DNA of 64,000 nucleotides from an uncultured bacterium. GTDB lineage: Bacteria; Chloroflexota; UBA5177; JANWHV01. The stretch covers positions 320,001 through 384,000 of the forward strand of contig CAVSOU010000011.1 in assembly GCA_963729625.1 (NCBI GenBank), written 5' to 3'. The notes under the pieces are model-generated. The model saw nothing but the letters and a program-made list of their open reading frames with translations. It did not search any database and was not told the origin of the DNA. Positions within the stretch are counted from its first letter, which is position 1, and every line of letters starts with the position of its first letter. Made by a program: the position numbers and the translations under genes. Positions 56,902 to 64,000 of this stretch are shown here, in pieces.

Positions 56902-58269
56902 CTACAGTCCGTAGGCAGCCTCGCCATGCTGTGTAACATCCAGTCCGAGGACCTCGTCATCTTCGTCTACGCGCAGGCCGAGGGTGCGGTCCACTGCCTT
57001 AAGCACCGCGAACGTCCCTACTGCGCAGAATGCCCACGTAGCCCCAACCTCGACAAGCTGCATGGCAATCTGGTGGTAATGCCCGTCTACGGCGCCCGAT
57101 CCTCCTCCAACCCCCGTAATCGCGGTCGTGGCAAAAATACCGGTCGCCAAGGTGCCCCAGGTGCCGCCCATGCCATGACACGCGAATACGTCCAGCGCGT
57201 CATCGGCACGCAGCATATTCTTGAGTTGCGTGCTCAGGTAGCAGACCGCGCCGGCGCCCATGCCGATGAGCATCGCACCGCTCACATCCACGTAACCGCA
57301 CGCCGGGGTGATAGCTACCATGCCGCAGATGGCGCCGAATGCGCCGCCGACCGCGCTGGGCTGGCCTCGGTGCCACCAGCCGATGGTGAGATAGGTCAGA
57401 CAGGCCATAGCGCCGGCGGTGTTGGTCATCACGAATGCTGAAGTGGCCGAGGATCCCGCGGCCACCGCGCTGCCGGCGTTGAAGCCAAACCAGCCGAACC
57501 ACAGCAGCGACGCGCCAAGCAGGACATAGGTGGAATCGTGCGGCTCCATCTTGGCGGTCCCCAGGCCGATGCGGGGTCCGAGCATCTTGGCGGCCACGAG
57601 TGCCGAGACACCTGAGCTCATCTCCACGACGCTGCCGCCGGCGAAATCCAGCACGTGCAGATCATGCAGCCAACCGCCATGCCCCCACACCCAGTGCGCG
57701 AGGGGATCGTAGACGCAGGTAGCCCACAGCAGGCTGAAGAGAAGATACGCTTTGAAACGCTTCCGCTCGGCGAACGCTCCGGTGATCAGCGCCGGAGTAA
57801 TCACGGCGAACATCATCTGGAAGATCATGAATGCCTGGTGGGGAACCGTTGGCGCATAGCCAAACGGATCGGGTCGACTCGTGCTGACTCCACGCAACGC
57901 GGCCCAGTCGAGTCCACCGATGAGGTGCCAGTGATCTGGCCCGAACGCCAGGGAATATCCCCACAGCACCCACTGAAGGCTGATCACGCACAGCATGAAG
58001 AAGCTATGCATGATCGTGGTCAGCACATTCTTGTGGCGGACCAGACCGCCGTAGAAGAAGCCGAGTGCCGGAGTCATCAGCATCACCAGCGCCGCCGACA
58101 TGAGCACCCACGTCGTATCACCGCTACTGATCGCGGTCGCTGCCGCGACGCCGGCGGTCGCACGTGAGAGAGCCCCGGCGGCATGTGCGGAGTTCGGGAG
58201 AACCAACAGGGCCAGGGAGGGCGCGCCAGCCACTGTCAGGAATACTTGGGAGCGCTTCATCGACGTCAC
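56902..58269 (-). CDS. amt: Ammonium transporter, paralog 1 (Glu-His pore variant)
   Basis: LVMLMTP.L.FFYGG, FQMMFA.IT.ALI.GAFAER, DFAGGSVVE (His->Glu), WFGWFGFNAGS, DDALDVFACHG, GLD..QHGE.AY. Start GTG 58269 or ATG 58260. Confidence 0.96.
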   Translation of the reverse strand: MTSMKRSQVFLTVAGAPSLALLVLPNSAHAAGALSRATAGVAAATAISSGDTTWVLMSAALVMLMTPALGFFYGGLVRHKNVLTTIMHSFFMLCVISLQWVLWGYSLAFGPDHWHLIGGLDWAALRGVSTSRPDPFGYAPTVPHQAFMIFQMMFAVITPALITGAFAERKRFKAYLLFSLLWATCVYDPLAHWVWGHGGWLHDLHVLDFAGGSVVEMSSGVSALVAAKMLGPRIGLGTAKMEPHDSTYVLLGASLLWFGWFGFNAGSAVAAGSSATSAFVMTNTAGAMACLTYLTIGWWHRGQPSAVGGAFGAICGMVAITPACGYVDVSGAMLIGMGAGAVCYLSTQLKNMLRADDALDVFACHGMGGTWGTLATGIFATTAITGVGGGSGAVDGHYHQIAMQLVEVGATWAFCAVGTFAVLKAVDRTLGLRVDEDDEVLGLDVTQHGEAAYGL

Positions 58270-58376
58270 GTATCACTACTCTTGAGCAGGTAGTATCGAC
58301 GCAGCCGCGCGTCATTCGCATATGTGCGGAGTCCTCGCCTCACCGCAGTGATAGCGCTGCGGAATCGACGCATAAA

Positions 58377-58427
58377 CGCAGACATCGCCTGAGCGACACG
58401 GCGTGCCGCCTACAGGCGATGTCTGCG
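58377..58427 (-). terminator. Strong hairpin between small peptide 1 and amt paralog 1 (attenuator, terminator or stabiliser)
   Basis: 15-bp perfect stem CGCAGACATCGCCTG/CAGGCGATGTCTGCG plus an inner stem; only a short TTTAT tail on the minus strand. Confidence 0.5.
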
Positions 58428-58536
58428 CTGCCAGTGCCAGACTGCGGTGCGGTCAAGGGCATGCGCGCCTGCAGAAAAGAGATCTCTCTATTGCGGTGCG
58501 AACGGCCTCGACAACACATCCGATCGCAGAGGTCAG

Positions 58537-58659
58537 TTACGCGGTCGCGGGGAGTGCGGACATGACAGGTGCGGCCTCGGTCCTCTTGGCCTTACGATCG
58601 GGGAGCGCTACCCACGCTATGACGTGAGCGGCGAAAGCAACGAATACGATAGCGGCCAT
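58537..58659 (-). CDS. Small single-TM peptide upstream of amt paralog 1 (40 aa, MAAIVFVAFAAHVIAWVALPDRKAKRTEAAPVMSALPATA)
   Basis: Paralog of 60708-60833 with mostly synonymous third-position differences over FAAHV.AWVALPDRKA; GAAAGAGA upstream. Confidence 0.85.
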   Translation of the reverse strand: MAAIVFVAFAAHVIAWVALPDRKAKRTEAAPVMSALPATA

Positions 58660-58913
58660 TGTGCAATCTCTTTCATGTGGTGCTCCGTCGGCAATCGCCG
58701 GCGAACATGTACGAGTACGGGATTGCGCGCCATCATGGCGCACAACTGCTCGATCGGCTACGACCGAGCAACCCCAAAGGGTCCGTGCATCAATGCGCCT
58801 TCGCTCGAACGCTGAGCGGGGACTTACCAGGCCGGCTCGTTCTTCACGACGGCCGAGTGGACGTGGCTACCTCGCCAGACAACGGACCGACACATACCTC
58901 CTTTTCCTTTGAA

Positions 58914-59011
58914 CGGCGCCCTCGCCGGCAGGCTCAGCCGATTGCCCAGACACCGAGACAACGTGCCCAATCGGTTGCAGACACCTTACCAAAGCACCCT
59001 TCGAGTGTCAA
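58914..59011 (-). promoter_or_regulatory. sigma70 promoter and structured leader of the peptide1-amt1 unit
   Basis: TTGACA (59011-59006), 17 nt, TAAGGT (58988-58983); then a long 5' hairpin (CCGATTG...CAATCGG) and the hexaloop hairpin CGGC-GAGGGC-GCCG (58927-58914). Confidence 0.7.
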
Positions 59012-59037
59012 CTACCGGAATTGCTCACCTGACCGGG

Positions 59038-59077
59038 GAAAACGGAAGAAGCGAGATCCTTCGACCTCGCTTCTTTC
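59038..59077 (-). terminator. Intrinsic terminator after amt paralog 2
   Basis: Minus strand GAAAGAAGCGAG-GTCGAAGGAT-CTCGCTTCTTCCGTTTT, 18 nt after the stop codon. Confidence 0.75.
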
Positions 59078-59095
59078 GCCAGAGACTGATCGCGC

Positions 59096-60457
59096 CTAGA
59101 TCCCGTACGCAGCCTCACCGTGCTGCGACACGTCGAGCCCCAGCACCTCCTCCTTCTCATCTACCCGCAGTCCTACCGCGGCATTGACAATCTTGAGAAG
59201 AACGAACGTACCAACGCCGGCATAGAGCCACGTGGCGCCAATGTCGGCTCCCTGATACAGCAGTTGCTTCCAATGCCCATCGACGACGCCGGATCCGCCG
59301 GGGTTGATGGCGGTCGTAGCAAAGATACCGGTCGCCAGGGCGCCCCAGGTGCCGCCCATCCCGTGGCAGGCAAAGACGTCGAGCGCGTCGTCGGCCATGA
59401 TGATGTTCTTCAGTTGCGCGCTGAAGTAGCAGATCGTGCCGGCGCCCATGCCGATCAGAATAGAACCACTGACGTCGACAAAGCCGGATGCAGGCGTGAT
59501 AGCTACCAGTCCGCAGACCGCACCGACCGCAGCGCCGATGGCGCTCGGCTGACCCTTGTGCCACCAGCTGACCGTCAGGTACGTAAGTCCGGCCATCGCG
59601 GTGGCCGTATTGGTCACCACGAATGCTGACGTCGCGAGCCCGCCGGCCGCCACCGCGCTACCCGCGTTGAAGCCGAACCAGCCGAACCAGAGCAGTGAAG
59701 CTCCCAGTACCACATATGTCGCGTCGTGCGGCTCCATCTTGTCTTTGCCGAGTCCGATGCGCGGGCCAAGCATCTTGGCGGCGACGAGGGCTGAGACACC
59801 GGAGCTCATGTGTACGACGCTGCCACCGGCAAAGTCGAGCGCTCCAAGGTTTCGCAGCCAACCATTGTCGCCCCACACCCAATGCGCCAGTGGGTCGTAG
59901 ATGAACGTTGCCCACAACAGGCTGAAAAGCACGTACGCCTTAAACCGCTTCCGCTCAGCGAATGCGCCTGTAATCAGCGCGGGCGTGATCACGGCAAACA
60001 TCATCTGGAAGACCATGTACGCCTGATGCGGAACGGTGGGAGCGTAGCCGTAGGGGTCAGGAGCGTACGCGCTGACGTTCTTCAGCAACGCCCAGTCAAG
60101 TCCGCCTATCAGGTGCCCGTGGTCGGGACCAAAGGCCAGAGAATATCCCCAGAGGACCCACTGAACGCTGATCAGGCACAGAATGAAGAAACTGTGCATG
60201 ATTGTTGACAACGCATTCTTGGGGCGAACTAGGCCTCCATAGAAGAAGCCCAGTGCAGGCGTCATCAGCATGACGAGCGCTGCCGACACAAGCACCCAGG
60301 ACGTATCTCCTGAGCTCGGTGCCCACGGTGGCGCGGCGCTGGGGTGCGACGCAAGACGTGTAGCAGCCTCGGTTGCGGCATGGACGGCGTTAGGCATGGC
60401 GCCCATGAGGAAGCCAAAGAGTATCGCCACCATGATGAGCATAGGGGTGCGCTTCAT
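59096..60457 (-). CDS. amt: Ammonium transporter, paralog 2 (canonical twin-His)
   Basis: Same Amt motifs with DFAGGSVVH and DVFACHG; N-terminal signal-like segment; ATG 60457 after GGAG. Confidence 0.96.
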   Translation of the reverse strand: MKRTPMLIMVAILFGFLMGAMPNAVHAATEAATRLASHPSAAPPWAPSSGDTSWVLVSAALVMLMTPALGFFYGGLVRPKNALSTIMHSFFILCLISVQWVLWGYSLAFGPDHGHLIGGLDWALLKNVSAYAPDPYGYAPTVPHQAYMVFQMMFAVITPALITGAFAERKRFKAYVLFSLLWATFIYDPLAHWVWGDNGWLRNLGALDFAGGSVVHMSSGVSALVAAKMLGPRIGLGKDKMEPHDATYVVLGASLLWFGWFGFNAGSAVAAGGLATSAFVVTNTATAMAGLTYLTVSWWHKGQPSAIGAAVGAVCGLVAITPASGFVDVSGSILIGMGAGTICYFSAQLKNIIMADDALDVFACHGMGGTWGALATGIFATTAINPGGSGVVDGHWKQLLYQGADIGATWLYAGVGTFVLLKIVNAAVGLRVDEKEEVLGLDVSQHGEAAYGI

Positions 60458-60707
60458 CGGCAAATCTGCTCCAAATGCTAGAGTGCGGGACTCGTCCAAA
60501 CGACGGTCCCACCAGAACGACACATGCTCTGTCGGCGGTGCGGACGGCGCCGAACCAACTTCCGGAATCGACAGAGCGGCACAGCGTACGCGTCGAACGG
60601 ACGATCAGCCCACATGCTCACCATCGACAACCGGCCGCGATACGTGCGACCAGGGCGTGCCGCGGAGAGGGCGAGCGGGAATGGCCCTGGCCGCCGTCGC
60701 GATCGAG

Positions 60708-60833
60708 TCAGGCCAAGGCTGGTACGCTAATCGGCACCTGCGCGGGCCGGCTCTCTCTCGCTTTGCGATCGGGAAGAGCGACCCAAGCGACGACGTGAGC
60801 GGCGAAGAGGACGAAAACAAGTACGGCCATCAT
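60708..60833 (-). CDS. Small single-TM peptide upstream of amt paralog 2 (41 aa, MMAVLVFVLFAAHVVAWVALPDRKARESRPAQVPISVPALA); not in the ORF track
   Basis: Hand translation; GAAGGAG RBS directly upstream; paralog of 58537-58659. Confidence 0.87.
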   Translation of the reverse strand: MMAVLVFVLFAAHVVAWVALPDRKARESRPAQVPISVPALA

Positions 60834-61052
60834 GCGATCTCCTTCGTGGCGAAGCACCGAACGGTACCGGTGCTAGCTCTTGGCTGTCGCGGATAGGGTG
60901 CGAGCTCACTGCTGCGAGCACATCCAGAGCACCCAGGACCGCTAAACCAATGACGACATACTGTGCAACAGTGCGCCTGGGCTCAATCGCCGAGCCACGA
61001 AATCCGACCTCCGCGATTCGGAGGACTATGAGTTGATGGCAACGCCGCCAGG

Positions 61053-61098
61053 AAAATAGAAAAGCGCCCTCGTCTCAACGACGACCGGCGCCCTTGCC
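61053..61098 (-). terminator. Leader attenuator: hexaloop hairpin overlapping an intrinsic terminator (ANTAR-like)
   Basis: Minus strand GGC-AAGGGC-GCC, whose 3' half is also the 5' arm of GCGCCGGTCGTC-GTTGA-GACGAGGGCGC-TTTTCTATTTT. Confidence 0.7.
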
Positions 61099-61152
61099 AG
61101 GAGAGGTACGGAAGGCGTCCACCAGATCACTGTGTCCGCTTCCTTACACTGT

Positions 61153-61182
61153 ACCGTAGCAAAACAAGTTAGTGCTTGTCAA
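61153..61182 (-). promoter_or_regulatory. sigma70 promoter of the peptide2-amt2 unit
   Basis: TTGACA (61182-61177, overlapping the M50 stop), 18 nt, TG-C-TACGGT (61158-61153). Confidence 0.7.
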
Positions 61183-62009
61183 GGACCTATCCAGCGTGCG
61201 ATCGCAGCCGCGTTCACAAACATCGCCACCCCGCCTACGAGCGTCAGCCCATACGCACAGGCGACGAGAAGCCGAACAGCGATAGGGACGTGAAAGCTCG
61301 CCTGCCACTCTTGAAGACCAGTTGGATCGCCGCGCTCCATGCGAGCGCGCAGGCCATCGGCATACCGCCGCCACCTGTTCACGCGGTGTGCGGCTATCAG
61401 AGCCGCCAGAATGGGAGCCGCAACCCCACCTAGGGTGTACAGCAGGCCGGCGTGCAGCAACCACGCGGCGAGCGCCATGGGGAACACGAGAATTGCTGGG
61501 TACGGCAACGCGCGGCTGATCAGCCCTCCGTCCAGAGGCTCAAAGGGCAGGAGGTTGAAGAGATTCAGTCCAATCGCCGTTGCCGCACCTACGACTACCT
61601 GCTGTTCAAGAGCGCCCTCCAGCGTTCTCGACGCGACAAGCACCGCGGCTTCGGCGCTCATGATGCCGGCGACCGGCCCTGCCAGAAAGATCAGCGCGAT
61701 GTCCGCACTGCGCAGCATGGGTCTGCCAGCACGCACGAAAGCGCCGATAACCGGCAAAAGCCGTACCGGACCGGGCGAGTACCCCAGAATGCGCATCATG
61801 TACCGATGGGCGAACTCGTGGTCGAGAATCGTCGCTACGAGCACCAATGCCGCTAGAGGGCCGAGGAACGCGAAGCTCGCCACACTCAGCCCGACGCTGA
61901 TCACCGGGTACTTCGTCACGCCATCCACGGCGGCGCGCAACCGGAGTCGCGCAGCCGAGTGGGCCACTGCATTGTGGGCGAAATACGGAGCAAGATTCTC
62001 TGTTGTCAC
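61179..62009 (-). CDS. Site-2 protease (peptidase M50) family membrane protein
   Basis: HEFAH zinc motif, LAGP, NLFNLLPFEPLDGG. Confidence 0.9.
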   Translation of the reverse strand: MTTENLAPYFAHNAVAHSAARLRLRAAVDGVTKYPVISVGLSVASFAFLGPLAALVLVATILDHEFAHRYMMRILGYSPGPVRLLPVIGAFVRAGRPMLRSADIALIFLAGPVAGIMSAEAAVLVASRTLEGALEQQVVVGAATAIGLNLFNLLPFEPLDGGLISRALPYPAILVFPMALAAWLLHAGLLYTLGGVAAPILAALIAAHRVNRWRRYADGLRARMERGDPTGLQEWQASFHVPIAVRLLVACAYGLTLVGGVAMFVNAAAIARWIGP

Positions 62010-62047
62010 GCTGCGTGTACAGGGGAGTACTTACGGCTGATGGGATC

Positions 62048-62255
62048 GGTCGTGAGGGGAAACGCCATGCGTCATAGCCGCCGGCGAGGACCAGCGCCCA
62101 TCCAGTCAGTCGGCCACCTGCCTCCCTGATCCAACTGTACAGCGAATGTCAGTAAGAGTCATCGCGTGCGGACGGTCCAGCGGGTGGGCGCTCGCCGGGT
62201 CGTTTCGGTTAAAGTGTAACGAAGAGGATCTCCAGCCGCTTTCCACCTCGCTACC
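62048..62255. ncRNA. Candidate rod-shaped structured RNA (6S-like fold or alaS leader)
   Basis: Terminal pairing GGT.GTGAGG.GGAAA / TTTCC.CCTCGC.ACC and inner pairing CCGGCG..AGCGCCCATCC / GGGTGGGCGCT.CGCCGG, separated by an asymmetric bubble. No family motif confirmed. Confidence 0.3.
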
Positions 62256-62315
62256 GTCTCTTTGCGTGCTGAGACGAGTGTCAACGGAGACCTCAGCGAG
62301 GCAACAAAGGACGTT

Positions 62316-64000
<1,685 letters not shown>

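Noticed and set aside
58824-58895. 23-aa uORF (MCRSVVWRGSHVHSAVVKNEPAW) after a strong SD-like sequence in the amt1 leader
   Set aside because: SD-to-ATG spacing is poor and there is no counterpart in the amt2 leader (its 18-aa uORF is unrelated). Cannot be supported as coding.
58700-58900. Glutamine (glnA / downstream-peptide) riboswitch in the amt leaders
   Set aside because: The conserved P1 and E-loop elements could not be matched by eye; an Rfam scan would be needed.
62010-62315. T-box riboswitch upstream of alaS
   Set aside because: No UGGNACC antiterminator bulge, no U-tailed terminator and no convincing specifier loop. Kept only as a generic structured-RNA candidate.

Overview
GC-rich bacterial chromosomal segment. 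The gene content (DUF2171-like domain, Ktedonobacter-type HTH/integrase remnant, XRE-TIR-STAND-WD40 protein, prkA-yhbH-spoVR) suggests a soil Chloroflexota-like organism; this is inference only. From left to right: a 5'-truncated GH1 beta-glucosidase converging on a GH149-like beta-1,3-glucan phosphorylase; 2-oxoacid:ferredoxin oxidoreductase alpha/beta; YidD-like; MprF/LysX-like; GNAT + OSBS/N-succinylamino-acid racemase + DotN-like HNH; a frameshift-rich patch at about 14 kb; YyaL, CobB, amidohydrolase, GatZ/KbaZ, MarR-YceI and a transposase remnant. Next comes a partly broken glycoside-hydrolase cluster (GH95 fragment, two URO-D-like genes, GH78, GH29, SGNH esterase, GH31), a RHH/MazF-like pair leading prkA-yhbH-spoVR, several housekeeping or membrane genes (rnhB, aat, yihY, MFS), and an NLR-like HTH-TIR-STAND-14xWD40 gene divergent from a secreted protein across 11-bp phased repeats. 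The window ends with two tandem ammonium-transporter units and the 5' part of alaS. The most striking observation is the Amt pair. Each unit reads sigma70 promoter -> structured leader with a shared GGCRAGGGCGCC hairpin -> unannotated conserved ~40-aa single-TM peptide -> amt, with no adjacent glnK. One paralog has the canonical twin-His pore and the other a Glu-His pore. No rRNA, tRNA or CRISPR array was seen.
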